A stretch of DNA of 63,419 nucleotides, counting the filler, from Pirum gemmata (lineage: Eukaryota), in NCBI GenBank assembly GCA_002812295.1. It is 14 parts of 14 records of this genome, joined end to end, with 100 filler letters (N's around TTAATTAATTAA, not from the genome) between each part and the next. Parts side by side here need not be neighbours in the genome. Positions count along the whole stretch, not along the records: positions 21,783 to 26,039 come from PDIN01001347.1; positions 26,140 to 30,410 come from PDIN01001348.1; positions 30,511 to 36,674 come from PDIN01001349.1; positions 36,775 to 41,024 come from PDIN01001350.1; 10 more parts are not named here. One strand, 5' to 3'. The notes beneath the pieces were generated by a model. That model saw only the letters and a list, made by a program, of their open reading frames with translations. It ran no database searches and was not told the origin of the DNA. This document shows positions 25,297 through 39,504 of this stretch, one piece after another. Position numbers and translations under genes: made by a program. The stretch's first letter is position 1, and the number at the start of each line of letters is the position of its first letter.

Positions 25297-28200
25297 ACGC
25301 CGAATGATTTTTTAGAAGCCCAATAAAAGTCATACACCCCTAAAATGAAATAGTATAATTAAAATTGCATGAAAATCCCAAAAGAGTCCAAATGTTTTGG
25401 TTGACTTTTTAGCCTCTTTCTTTTATGATATTCAGTTTTGGTTTGTAGGATGCTACTATCTGGTAGCTAGCTCTAGCTAGCTAGCTAGTGGGGACCCAGT
25501 AGTCTGCTGGCTAGCTAGCTACTATCATACTATCAATGCTACTAGCTAGCTAGCTACTGTAGCTATGATAGCTAGCTAGTATCAGGATAGTAACTACTAG
25601 TTAGCTACTACTAGGTCTACTGATATGTCTAGCTAGCTCTAGCTAGTATTGTCTACACTAGTTAGACTACAGACTACTATGGGCGGGGTTCTACTATGGT
25701 AGATAGAGACTAGACTAGACAGAGCTATCATAGCTAGACTACTATCGATACTGCTAGCTAGCTAGCTAGCTAGCTAGAGGCTATTAGATAGTAGTGAACT
25801 CGGACTCTGCTTGATAGGTTTACTATGGTTCAAAAATCAAACCCAACGAAAAGAAGCTCGAAAAACACTCCTATCAGTTTCACCCTCTTGTATTTATTAC
25901 TGGTAATGTATATCATAATATCATACATAAACCCATCTATCTAATCAAGGAAACCAGTAAGAAAGTTGGGTCGTTCGAATCTTTTTTTTTTTTTAAAAAA
26001 AATATCTTCAAGCTCGGAACGATCAGAAATTAAATTTAGNNNNNNNNNNNNNNNNNNNNNNNNNNNNNNNNNNNNNNNNNNNNTTAATTAATTAANNNNN
26101 NNNNNNNNNNNNNNNNNNNNNNNNNNNNNNNNNNNNNNNTAACAATAATACACGACATATAACTACTAATATCAATTTTGAATCTCATACCAATTATTAC
26201 ACACTAATTGATTCATATATTCAACCCATGACATCACATTATTTCCCGCTCATATTTTACCAATGTCCTCCACTATTGATCTCACATCAATGTAGCACTA
26301 AACATAAGTGTATCAGGACTATTACCACTCCTTTAGTCTCCAGAAGCTCAATTAACAATGTCCACCCAATTGTCTTTTATTGTCATTTACTACTAAATTC
26401 TTTATAAACCTAGCTTTCCGCAATTTTCCTCACCTATTCACTCACGAATTCGGTATTCACAATTATTGCTATGCATGATGTCGATATTTTTATTACACCC
26501 CATTAATTATATAATCTAACCTTAACTTTTCACTCTTTTGCCATTACCAGAACTAAATAATATCACAACAACATTCATATCTTAAGCAATTTACATGTTA
26601 CTTACTACAAGAAAAATTTTCACAATCTATTGAATTTTGGCCACTATTGCACCTCTCCAAGTTACTTTGCTCTCTTTAGATAAGCTTATAAACTAGTTCT
26701 TCACAACCTTACTGCTTTCCTTCTAATCATGAATCATAACTTTATATGCTTAAACCACATTCATTACCGTCATTATATCACCATAATGATCTTTTAACAC
26801 TATATAGAAATAAATTCTATCTCAAACCACATAACTAAGCATTATAACGTCTCATATATGCCAGCTACGTCCTATGGAGCCCTCCAGACTACCTCATGCT
26901 GTTTTGTATAGCACAACCAACAACGAATGCTTTCGTAATCCTCTTGATATTCTCGCATTTGTTTTCATTCACATCCAACTTATTTGTACATAATCGCTTT
27001 CTCTTTGCCCTGCTCCTCCACCAATTTGTTCTATCATTTTACTTAATGATATTATATCGAAAAAAGAGAAATATATGTATTTTTGTGTTTTATGAATTTA
27101 TACTTTTTATTTACAACATTTTATACTTTTATAAATTTATGCTCTTTTTCAGTTCTTTTTCTCATACACACATAAGCTTTACACTCTGCTTATATTATGC
27201 CTTTCTGAAAACTAACTATCACATAATCCACAATGTTCTGGAACATTCTATATAATCATTTACAAATACAAATTATTATTACATAATCAATTTGTATAAT
27301 ACCAAACAATAAAATCATGCACTTAAACTTATTTCAATCATAACTAAACAAATAAGCTCGACATAAAATAATAGTTTCGAGAATAAATGTATAAACCAAT
27401 CGACCAATAATATTGCTACGCGGTCAGCCCATTGAGATTTCACCACTATTTCACCACAGGTCTCCAGACAGCTTGGTATTTGACTTATTTAGTAGTTATT
27501 TATACATATATGGTATGTATATAATATTGTAGTTTTAGCGGTTTTTGTTGTTGAGAGCTGATTTTGTACTATGATAGCTACTACTAGTAGTGATTTTGTA
27601 CTAGCTACTAGTCTAGTAGTGATTTTGTATAATAGACTATAATTGCTATATACGTTTTTGCAGTTGACTTTTGGAAAAAATCAAGTTTTTAGTTTTAGTT
27701 TTTAGTTTTAGTTTTTAGTTTAGTTTTTAGGTTTATGTTTGTTTGTTTTATTTACTTATGTTTGTTATAAAAGCTATCTAAATAAAACTGGTTAAAGGTT
27801 TAAATGAGTTTTGTTAAATAAAAATATAACAAAAGCAGCCTATTTAATCCAAAAATATCTGATTTTTGGCACTTTGTTTTAAATACTGCCTTTGAAATTA
27901 TCTCTATAAGTACTTGTACTATTAATTTAACTTTTATACCATACACCGTTGTTTTGTCTATAGTTTCGATTGATACCAAGAACGTCAAAATTGCTCGATT
28001 CTAGCAGAATTGAGAGTTTTGAAAAAAAAAAAAATTGTAAAGTCCCCATATGAAAAATCATTAAAAATTCGCGCCTCAGGGTGATTTAATATATTTTATT
28101 ATTATTATCATTTCAAGAAAGTAAACATTCTTTGGTATATATATAATTACTAAATTCATAAGCCATAATCACAATTCCAACGCCAATGATATCTTTTACA

Positions 28201-29195
28201 TCTTCCTAACTGGAGAAGTGATTATTGTAGTGAGCTAATTTCGAAATAGCAATAGCATCATATTTCATTACGATTTTCTAAGATCACTAACCAGTTTGAT
28301 ATTCGGAACCTAAAGCTTTGACCCCAACCCTAACCAGTTACTCAAAGACGTCTTTATCTCGATCATCACTTTCACCAAATTTAAAACTAAACCTGAATTT
28401 TTCTTCTGCTTCAGCTGTGTTGCATGCTCTGCATTTTCATTATTCGCACTAGCAGTTATTATAAAGGTTAGTTCAGAATTACCAGTGGGTACAGGTTTAC
28501 ATACAATGCAATGAAAAACCAGGTATAAAAAGAAACAGAGCTAACCCACTTTTTTGCCTCCCTAACTTTTTTTGGCAGTTTTGTAGTAGATACCAGTATT
28601 TTTGAAGGCCAAATTTAGTTAGACTCAATCAGAAAATAAATTGGTAAGCGTTTGAGCTATTAAAAAAATGAGTAATTATATGTAAAAAAATTTTTGGTAG
28701 TCTAAAAAAAAATTAGGTGAAAAAATAACATTTCAGGAGCGCTACTCGAAGTGGATTCCACAAGTTTCGAACATTCGAACATAAAACAATGATGAATAAC
28801 TTTTGAACTAATGAAGCTATTGCAATACTATTGCAATGAAACTTTCACCTCTCTAAACTACTTTCATAAGTGGATTCGATCGATATAAATAAATATAACA
28901 TTATATGAATATAATAACAAATATTATTTTGCTTCAGAGAATCATTTTGACGAGGAGGAAAAAATTCGGGTGAATAAATAAATAAATAAAATAAATTAAA
29001 AATAAAATAACGTATGACATTGCCCTTTTCTATATTAAAAACCAAGGATCCATCCTTGATTAAACACGACATTTCTAAAACCCTCGCGTCAATTTTAGGC
29101 TAGACCCTCAAACAGCACGATCACCACACCCACCACTAGAACCTTCATTTTTTTTTTTTCTGGATGCGTTTTTTCACTTTTTTTTCGAGTACAGA

Positions 29196-29449
29196 ACAAA
29201 GGGCAAACTTTTGTAAGCCTCTCCCAATTCTGCTCGAGCCCGAAAACTCGAATTTCTGCTGTCGAAAAAAAAGCCAAAATCTATCCCTGTTCAAAAATTA
29301 TTTTTTCCATTTTTTCGGGTTTATAAATAAATAAATATACTTGAATACTTAACTGTTAGCTTTCGAACTTATTTGATTAATGCATAGGTTCGAAAAATCG
29401 ATTTTTTAAACCAAGCAGAATTGGGAGAAGCCTGAACTTTTGCCCTTGT
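29196..29449. mobile_element. MITE-like element with imperfect inverted ends
   Basis: Left end ACAAAGGGCAAA...CTCCCAATTCTGCT versus right end AGCAGAATTGGGAG...TTTGCCCTTGT. Related fragments at ~4340-4368 and ~27995-28022. Confidence 0.55.
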
Positions 29450-30312
29450 CTTTCCTTTTTGGGTTAGAAAACGCTCTAATAATCAGCTAAACATACATAG
29501 TTGTAAAGAAAAACTATCGGGGAAAAAAAAAACGTACTAGTAGGTATCGAACTCAAAAAGGAGCGTAAACCAATAACTACAAGGAAATATCGAAAACACG
29601 TGTTAAAAGTAGCCCAGGACGAGAGAGAGAGAGTACACCTACCTGAGTACACCATTTGGTGAATAAATAAACTAACAAAAAAAAACCTGATTTACACAAA
29701 TACAAAACAAACACTACAGCCAATCTGGTTTATAACGCTTATCATATTTAACTTTTGAAACATCGAAAAGTTCAATAAATTGCTGGTCCAGAGTGCGAGA
29801 TTTTGGATGCGAAAAACGACGATATTCGTCGCAAATGGATCTGTTATTTTTATTATAATTGTTATTATTCTTTATTCTTTATTCTTTATTCTTTATTCTT
29901 TATTCTTTATTTATTCTTTATTTGTTCTTTATTGTAATTATTGTTTATTATTATTATTATTATTATTTATTTTCATTATCATTATTATTTATTATAATTA
30001 TTATTATTATTATTATTACTATTATCTATTATTCATTATTCATTATTCATTATTCATTATTTATTATTTATTATTAACAATTATTATTTATTATTTATTA
30101 TTCATTATTCATTATTTATTATTTATTATTATTCTTCATTATTTATTATTCATTATTATTATTAGTATTTATTCTTATTATTCACTTATTATTCATTATT
30201 CATTATTCACTATTCATTATTATCATTCATTATCATTATTATTTATTAGTATTGGTATTTATTTTTATTATGTATTATTATTAATTATTATTATTTAATA
30301 TTATTATTATTA

Positions 30313-30348
<36 letters not shown>

Positions 30349-31291
30349 TATTATTACATTAATATTTATTATTAATATTAATAATTATTATTGTTATCAA
30401 TATTAATTATNNNNNNNNNNNNNNNNNNNNNNNNNNNNNNNNNNNNNNNNNNNNTTAATTAATTAANNNNNNNNNNNNNNNNNNNNNNNNNNNNNNNNNN
30501 NNNNNNNNNNAGCTAGCAGTAGTATTATTAGTACTAGTACTGATTGTAGTAGTACTAGCATCAGATAGTAGTTGTAGTAGTAGTACTAGTACTAGTAGTA
30601 GTAGTATTGATAGTAGTAGCAATAGCAATTTATTTAGTAGTACTATTAGTAGCAGTACGTAGTAGCAATAGTAGTATTATAGTCATAATTGGTTTATTAT
30701 TAGTAGTAGTAATATAGTAGCAGTAGTAATAATAATAGTGGTAATAATAGTAGTGGTAATAATAGTAGTAGTAGTCATAGTCATAACAGTCATAATTTAT
30801 TTAGTGGTAGCAGTAGTAGTAGTAGTAGTAGTGGTGGTGGTGGTGGTAGTAATAGTAGTAGCAATGGTAGTAGTAATAGTATTAATAGTAGTAGTAGTAG
30901 TAAGTAATAGTAGTAAGTAAGGTTGTAAGTAGGGTGGTAGTAATAACGTGTCGTGCAAAAAAACAGAATAAACAATAAAAAATAAAATCATAATATTAAT
31001 TAAACGTTAACTGGTAATGAAATTCAATTGAATCCTAACATTTAAAAAAAATGAGATGAATAATAAATTAATATATTAAAATATTATTATTATATAATAC
31101 AATTTGTACAATAATTAAGTCAACGCCACATGGTAGGCCTCATACAATTTTTACAAGAATCTTTTTTTGAAAAGTATTTGAAAGATAATTATAAAATTTT
31201 TTTATTTATTATGCTAGATCCAGTCGCAACAGGGGGGACACCCAAATGAGCTGACCTGGCTCACAACCTACTATCGATACTAGCATCGATA

Positions 31292-31551
31292 CTAGTGTCT
31301 ATTCGTCAGCACGTCATTTTAAAATGACAGCGTCATTTTAAAATGACGTTTTATCTCAAATCCAACGTGGTCGTATTAACACTTTTAATTACGCAATTGA
31401 GACGAAAAGTATATCAAATGAAAGGAAATTACGTCAATATTATGCAGTGAGCTGATCGTGTCATTCATTCTCATTTCCCGAAAAGTTTGACAAAGTAAAA
31501 CTTCTTTTTGTCATTTCGAAATGACAGCGCTTGCTGACGAATAGAGACTAG
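31292..31551. mobile_element. ~260-bp MITE with 20-bp TIRs
   Basis: CTAGTGTCTATTCGTCAGCA (31292-31311) versus TGCTGACGAATAGAGACTAG (31532-31551), 1 mismatch. Subterminal GTCATTTTAAAATGAC-type palindromes at both ends. Confidence 0.8.
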
Positions 31552-33348
31552 CTGACTATAGCGATATGATACTACCTGGCGATACTATCGATACTATCCA
31601 TTACTAGCTAGCTATTCACAGCTACTATCTCTAGCTAGCTAGCTAGCTAGAAGCTCGTTATTATGTTCTTGTTCTTGTTTTTGTTTGTATGATATGATAA
31701 TAAAAAAAGATAAATCTGTGACAATTTTCCATTTTATTATTAGGATTACCATTATCAATGACTGTAAATAATTATCATATGATTTTCATTATATATTAGC
31801 TATATAATTGTAAGTATATATAGCTATCAATAACAATGTTGTGTCCAGTGTTACATTAATATTTACTATTGCTACATGACATTGTGTAATATTAATATTA
31901 GTTAAATAATATAATTATTAATAGCTATATATTAATTAATTACAAGAAAACATGGTTTTACTACTACTGTGTATAAATCTTATTAGTGAAAAATATTGCT
32001 TCAAACAAAATTTTGTATCATACCAATGTAAACTTTGATTATCAAGTAAAATATTTTTTTTCTTTTTCTTTAGAACTCCTTGTGTACAACTAGTATGTAC
32101 AACCATATTATTTAAGAGGTGAGCAACAAAACTGAAATACTTTAATTTTGACCCAGACTTTTGAGTACTATAATATTAATATGATATTATGTATATTATG
32201 TATTAATAGCAGTCCTACTAGCTAGCCACTGCGTGACTGCTCTGACATTTTGGCGAACCTCCATTGACCATATTTCACAACATTTTCTTTCACCTTCAAC
32301 CATATTATAAATATTCAATATTTTAAATATTAATACTTTTTTTTTTTATTCAATATATTAATATCAATACTTACTCAATAGTAAATCATTCAAAAATTTG
32401 ACCAAGACCCTACCAAGTAGTGTAGTGCGTTATTACGAGCAGGGGGGGGGCTATGAGGAAATTATATATGACAGGTTTACTAACTAGCTAGAGGGGTTCT
32501 AAGTACAGTCGCTAGAGTATGATAGCTAGTTGTGGCAGTTCTAAGCAGGTTCTAAGGGCAGTAGTTTGTAAGGGCAGTGCTATCCATATATTAAATGATG
32601 AATTTATATCGTATTATTATTCGAATTCTATGATATATCTGATAGCTAGGTTTTTGTTTTCGTTTCGTCAAGGACTTTTGAAGTCCTTGGTTTCGTTTTT
32701 GTTTGCAACAAAAAACATTTCCTGTTCATGATCACCAGGTGGCCGTGAAGATTTCAAGATATTTTGTGTTCTACTTACTCTTTACTACTAAGCTGCTATA
32801 AAAGCTAGAGCTACCTAGGCTCTGTGGTAAAACATTGTCATGATTTATTTTTTTATTTTAAAAAATGATGGTCTACTATTTAATACTAGCTAGAGCATAT
32901 AGAGATGATATAGTATTGATACTAGTTGAGTTTAATTAACTAGTTTATCATAACTATCGATAGCTAGCTGGGGAGTCTAGGCGCAAGAAATTTTTTTTAA
33001 ATTTTTTAAAAAAAAAAGTTTTTTTTGAGTTTTTTTTTGTTAAAAAAAGAGATTCCTGCTTCTAAAAAAAAAAAAAAATCTTATCTATTCTAAGTTCTAA
33101 CGTAATTTATAAAAAACTAATAAAAATTTATCACGCTTTTTACCATATAAAACTATCCCTAACCTTTGCCCGACTGAAGTATAACATACCAAATTATTAT
33201 TAAAGTAAAACTATTAGTCATGTTTTAATTAATTTGGTATTTAATTATTATTGTTATATTTTATAAATAAGATCAAACACAAGCCTAAACAATACCAAAT
33301 TAAAGAGCGAGGGCAATGATACTTATATATATATATATATATTTTTAA

Positions 33349-33582
33349 CAGCCAAGCCGGATAAACTGTAGAAATCATTTTTTTTCAGACTTCTTTTCTG
33401 AAAACCTTTAATTATAACTAGCCAAATATTTTTTAAAAGCTAGCTATAGGTTTATAATAGAGTTTTATTAGTCAGATAATTTCTCAAAATTTGGTAGTAC
33501 TTTCATTAAAATTGGGTCTTTTTAATATTTTTTGGATTTGAGCTCATATGGCTGATGTTGCCATTTTTATCCGGCTTGGCAG
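33349..33582. mobile_element. 234-bp TTAA-flanked (piggyBac-like) MITE, family B; partial copies ~22520-22680, ~24300-24570, ~33663-33735, ~48767-48858
   Basis: TTAA|CAGCCAAGCCGGATAAA ... TTTATCCGGCTTGGCAG|TTAA. The copies share the internal sequence AAAACTCTATTATGAACCAATG. Confidence 0.85.
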
Positions 33583-34337
33583 TTAAAAAATATATTTCAT
33601 ATTATATTATAGTCTTTTAAAAAACTATGATTGCCTACAAAAGTTTTTTTTTTTTTTTTTTAACTACCAAGCCGGATAAAAATGGCCATATTATATGAGC
33701 TCAAAAATCCAAAAAATCTTAAAATGATCCAATTNTTAATTATCCTTATACATATTTTTAAAACACTAAACATTCGAGTGCTCTAAACAAAAATAAATTA
33801 ATAAATACATTCAATCATTATTAATTAAATTAATAAAGACATCAACATCATTAATTTCTAAACAAGGTCAACAGATATCTAAAATCCCCAATTTTCAAGT
33901 ATCTGAAAAACCCTAACTAAGTTTTTCTTCCCAAGTTTCCCCAAAAACTAAAAACTAATCATATATTATAAAAAATTAATATAATTATAATTATAATAAT
34001 AAAATATAAAAACAACAAACCCCTTAAAGTTGTTGAATCCTGTTAAGGTCAAGTTAAAATTCTCCCGTTTGCTCATGTTTGTAGATAGTTCGTATGTGTT
34101 AATCAGTTGATATTGAAATATATATATAAACGTAAACGTTTCACTTTTTCCCAAGGAATATACAGATGGCAAAGAAAACAATCTAAAAAGCAATGTCTGA
34201 AATGCAACATCAAGTTGATTTTTAAAACTTCATTCACTTCATTCTTTTGATATCACTTTGTTCTTGTATTTTCTTGTAATTTTTTAATATGTAAAACTTA
34301 AGCACATATCGAAAAAAAATTTTTTTTTATTATTCAG

Positions 34338-34483
34338 ATGACATCAAGTGTTATGAAAACTTTATGAAACCACTCAGCCCAGAAACACAAATTTACTTCC
34401 TCACAGGCCATTCTGCAGTTTTATCCGGCAGTGGTGTTTTAAAAAAAAAAGACTATCATGATAACAGTATTTTATTGATGGAA
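34338..34483 (+). CDS. Possible internal exon of an unknown gene (DIKCYENFMKPLSPETQIYFLTGHSAVLSGSGVLKKKDYHDNSILLME)
   Basis: Polypyrimidine tract and TTCAG acceptor, open frame, GTATCG donor just before a (CAY)n microsatellite. No family recognised. Confidence 0.35.
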
Positions 34484-35234
34484 GTATCGTATCATAATCA
34501 CCAACACAATCACCAACACAATCACCAACACAATCACCATCACCATCACCATCACCATCACCATCATCATCACCATCACCATCATCATCACCATCACCAT
34601 CATCATCACCATCACCAGCATCACCACCACCACCAGCATTACCATCACCATCACCAACACCATCACCACCACCATCACCATCACCACCATCACCAACACC
34701 AACACCAACACCAACACCAACACCAACACCAACACCATCACCATCACCATCACCGCCAGTATCATCATTAATTACGATCACAACTCCCCACGCAACACCA
34801 ACACCAACACTACTGTCCATCAGTGACCATTACCATCACTTCGTCACACCTTTGTCATTAGGGGGTTACTTTTATAAAGGACACTATTTGAAACAATGTC
34901 TTGTGGAAGTTATCGATACTACTACTAGCTATGATAGTATCCAGTCTCTCTCAGTCTTACTTAGTCCAGTCTCTAGCTAGCTAGTAGCTACTAGAGCTAG
35001 AGTATCTATCATAGCCTACTAGCTAGAAGGAGAGTAGCTATGATTATGGCATAGCTATGACTCCTATGAGGCTATGATATATCATGATATCTGATATGAT
35101 ATATAACCCTCTATACATCTATACAGACCACAGAGCCTCAACTACAACTACTCCCACACAGACTTTTTAAAAGTTCAATTAGTGTGGGTCAGGTTATTTT
35201 CTTTTTTTTTCTTCAAAAAAAAATTAATCAAAAA

Positions 35235-35297
<63 letters not shown>

Positions 35298-35510
35298 ATC
35301 ATAATATCGATAGTCTATCTAGGATAATCTAGCTACTTAGACTCTACTTAGTAAGAATATCATTTTTACTCTTTTTTAAAAATGAATAAGGTATCTTTAT
35401 TCAACTGTTTACAACGTTAAAACCATTAAACACTATTATATATTATTTTATTGTCTTTATTACATATTTATTTAACCATTAATATTTAATATAGAACAGT
35501 TCATAATGAA

Positions 35511-35576
35511 TTTCGAACCTGTAGAATCCGAATTTCTGGGTTAGAAACGCTCAAGTATAAAAGAAAAGGTAGGTGA
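35511..35576 (+). repeat. 65-bp dispersed repeat (second copy 40381-40445)
   Basis: TTTCGAACCTGTAGAATCCGAATTTC..GGGTTAGAAACGC.CAAGTA.AAAAGAAAAGGTAGGTG is near-identical at two loci. Confidence 0.8.
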
Positions 35577-35888
35577 TTATGATTATGATAATGGTTATGA
35601 TCATAATCATAACATTAATTCATAATCATAATCATAATCATAATCATAATCATAATCATAATCATAATCATAATCATAATCATATATAACCATAGTCATA
35701 ATCATATCATAATCATAATCATAATCATATATATAATCTGTCTCATGTAGTTCTCATAGCTAGCTAGCTAGCTAGCTAGTAGTAGTAGTAGTTCATAACA
35801 CTATCATAACGTGGTGTAGAGAGTGTGTAGAGACTGTAGACTATTTTTATAAAAATAACTGATATTTACTTATATAAATAGTGTAGAG

Positions 35889-36109
35889 AGTAGGGGTGAG
35901 ATGACGTCATTTTATTATTACCGAACAGCTGCTGGAACTTTTCCGATTTTATGGTTTTTATTACCATTAATGTTAACATTATTACTTTAATTGGTATCTA
36001 CTATAATTATAGTTACTATTTTAAGCTATTTGACTGCTATTATTATACTATAGGCTCGCTCGATAAGCATCTGTTCGAAAAAAGTTCCAGTAGATATCTC
36101 ACCCCTACT
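35889..36109. mobile_element. 221-bp MITE with perfect 14-bp TIRs and 8-bp target-site duplication
   Basis: AGTAGGGGTGAGAT (35889-35902) pairs with ATCTCACCCCTACT (36096-36109). GTGTAGAG lies directly on both flanks (35881-35888, 36110-36117). Subterminal CGAACAG and CTGGAACTTTT motifs recur inverted at the other end. Confidence 0.85.
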
Positions 36110-36998
36110 GTGTAGAGTCATGCAGTCTCTTACTCTAGCCCTATAGTAAAAAAGTACCATGAGACCGTAGGCCTCTACTAAGGGTAGGCTAGTAAGGGTA
36201 GGGGGGTCTAGACTCTAGAAGCTACTAGTCATGATCGTACTCTATCGTGTTGTCTTGCTCAAAAACTGAAATATATTGTGGTTAAGCTATCAGACATGTT
36301 TTAATTAATTTGGTATTTTATACTTAATGTTGTATTTTATAAACAAGTTCAATATACTTAAACAGTACCAAATTAAAGATTGAGAGGGCAACTGTAATGG
36401 AATTTTACCAACAATACATAGATCTAAACAGTATCAAATTAAAGATTGAGAGTACAAACAAACAGTACCAAATTTAAGATTGAGAGGACAACCTGTTATG
36501 AAGACTGGGTTCTCTACTAGCCAGACCTACGTAGACTAGACCGCTACTAGCTAGCTAGACTACTACTAGTAGACCTAACCCTAACCTAAGTCCCTAACCC
36601 TAACTCTCTACTAGTCTTAGTATCATAAGATTCATAACGACTAACCCTAACCCTAACCCTAACCCTAACCCTAANNNNNNNNNNNNNNNNNNNNNNNNNN
36701 NNNNNNNNNNNNNNNNNNTTAATTAATTAANNNNNNNNNNNNNNNNNNNNNNNNNNNNNNNNNNNNNNNNNNNNTTATATTATATTATATTATATTTTTG
36801 TTTTCATTTCATATTTTGCTTTTATGTTTTTGTTGAATTAGTTCGGGTTGGCGCCTTTCCGTTCGGTTGCTTTTTTTTATTCTTTTTTTTTCTTATCTTT
36901 CCCATTGGGGGGCATCAGTTTATAACTAATATTATCATTTTTCATTGTTGATTATTACAAATAAGTATGACTAATATGTTTACATTGTATACGAGTAG

Positions 36999-37682
36999 GT
37001 AGTGCACACCTGTAAAAAATATAAAGGCGAGAAAGAAAAAATTCTCTCACAAAGTAATTACTTATGTGGCTCGGTATTTGCCTACACCATGGCATCTATT
37101 GGAAATACTTTCGCAGCTGCATCGTGGTGCACGATATTCTGTGCGCAGAGAAAACAACTTTGTGAAGACATCTTATCGGAAATAAAATCTACTAACGATG
37201 ACTGTATAAATTTTAGTAATTTAAATAACTATAAACTATTATACAGCTTGATAACAGAGGTAACTAGAATGTATACGCCCGGGGCTTTGCTTCGAAAACT
37301 AGAAAAACCTTATACTACTAAAGACGGTCATGTTTTACCAGCGGGTTCGACAATTGCCTTAAGCGGGCAATTAATGAAAAATGACCCCATTTTTGAAAAT
37401 CCACATATTTTTGACCCGAAAAGATTTCTGAATCTTGAAAATGAGAATATTAGTGATTTTAATATTGGCTTTGGAGGTGGGAAGCATCCGTGCCTTGGTA
37501 AACGTCTTGCGATGGTTGAAATTGCCATCGCAGTCGCGAAGACAAACGAATTATACGAATTTGAACAAATTTCTCCTCGTGATAATGAGCTGCCAGAGGT
37601 AAAACCAGATCAAGCTGGTATGATTCATACTACAAAATACCCAGTCATTTTTAAGTACAAACGAAAATTGAAAAAGCACTAA
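36999..37682 (+). CDS. Cytochrome P450, last exon (CYP7/CYP39-like I-helix)
   Basis: CTAAT branch point and TAG acceptor at 36996-36998. K-helix EVTR, PERF-type FDPKRF, heme motif GFGGGKHPCLG, and I-helix MASIGNTFAAASW. The upstream exons are not in this contig. Confidence 0.9.
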   Translation, partial: VVHTCKKYKGEKEKILSQSNYLCGSVFAYTMASIGNTFAAASWCTIFCAQRKQLCEDILSEIKSTNDDCINFSNLNNYKLLYSLITEVTRMYTPGALLRKLEKPYTTKDGHVLPAGSTIALSGQLMKNDPIFENPHIFDPKRFLNLENENISDFNIGFGGGKHPCLGKRLAMVEIAIAVAKTNELYEFEQISPRDNELPEVKPDQAGMIHTTKYPVIFKYKRKLKKH

Positions 37683-39441
37683 TGGTCTATAGATCTACTA
37701 ACACTAATTTGCTTTAAAAGTCTTCTATTAATTAATCAAAGTGTTTGCCTTGTTATAGAAATAAAGAAATTACGACCACGTTGAAGTGTAAATTTTATTT
37801 TTAAGACATTTCTCATTACAGAAATAAAAATGTCAGTTTGTTTTCTTGATATTTTTTATTTATTGACTTGTTAAAAACTAAATTTCTTTGTACTGCATGT
37901 TTTTCTTTTAAATCGAGAGAATATAGTTTACATCATAACAAATTACCTAACTTCTGGAAAAGAATTATTTTGTTTTACAGGTACAGATGCTGCAATAATT
38001 TTGTTTACATAGATACGTAAGTCTGTAGAGTCTGTAGGTAGTTTTGTAATTCTAACCATTTTTTTTGTAGGACTGACAAGCTGCTTGACACCAAATTCGT
38101 ACACGTCGTTTATATTTGTTCGTTTTTTTAGTAAACAATTTAGTGACCAAAAAAGGTATCATACTAATAAAATATTGCGCAATGTTTACCAATTTGTGAA
38201 AATTTTTATTATTTTTCAGAGGGGAATTTCGGAAACTTATGATGAAATCCACTTTAAATCCTCTTTGCTTACAGCATTAAACTATTTGAAACTTGAGTCT
38301 AAACTTGTTACAAACAAAATTAAAACCTACAATACAAAATCATAAATTGTATCATCAAAAGTTAATGATGTCGTACTATATAATCTGCGTGTTATTTATA
38401 ATATACTACAAACTAGCTATAGAGATACTAAAAACTTAACTTTGTAACTAGCCACAGCTAGCTATAGCTACATTGCCTTTTTTATCTCTCACCGGGCTCT
38501 CTTTGTAGTATACTATCCTCATAGACCTAGCCTCATCGACTATCATAGCTTGAGACGTAGACCTGGGGGTCTATTGTGTTTTTCAATATCATTGTAGTAT
38601 CATTGCCCAGTTCAAAAACTGAAATAAATGTACCAATTGTTATTATGGTTAAACTATCAGACATTTTTTAATTAACTTGGTGTTTTATACTTCATGTTGT
38701 ATTTTATAAACAAGGTCAATTATACACTTAAACAGTACCAAATTAAAGATTGAGAGGACAACTGTAATGGAATAGACGATGTATATGTAGAGCTATGACA
38801 TTGTCTATTTTGTTATTGTATTGGAATATGCATAATTTAGACAATATTCTGGACAAAGTATTTTTTAAAACAAACCAATAATTGTAATAGCTATAGTAAT
38901 AATATTATGATATTATTTAGAAAAAAAAAAAAGAAAAAAATATATATCAGAAATTATTACTTATGAAAATCAACATGAATTGATAAATTTTACCACGATA
39001 GTATGACATATTTCATTTTTTTTATTATTTGTTATTTATTTATTTTTATTCATAATATATTGATTAATTGAATAATATGGATTATGTCATTAATTTAAAA
39101 AACAGCACTGTTATTTATAAATAAATACAGTATAAATATTATAGTACACATTGCAAACTAACATTGATAAAAAAAATAAAAAATAAAATGGTATATACAG
39201 TCTAGGTTTTTTCTCTAAATTCTCTTCGTAGGTTTTTAGTAGGCTTTTTCATTGTTTTTTCTATATATAGTCAAGGAGTGTCAAGGATTTTTCTCCATTG
39301 CATTGTCTGATTGGAAAACTTACTAACTTTCTCCTGGAATTTTTTTTTAGGGGGGGTTGCCTTTCAGTCCTCTTTCAATGGTTTTTTCCTATAGTCGACT
39401 ATCGCATGATAATTATGAATTTTTACGGTAGTCTCCTAGTT

Positions 39442-39504
<63 letters not shown>

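Noticed and set aside
24590..25800. Dense (TAGC)n / CTA-rich palindromic stretches
   Set aside because: Low-complexity sequence with no discrete unit or boundary that could be supported.
34484..34771. Poly-His ORF and similar poly-Ile/Leu/Met/Val ORFs (3067, 12582, 18836, 29780, 47501, 48173 etc.)
   Set aside because: These are translations of tri-, tetra- and hexanucleotide microsatellites with no coding signal.
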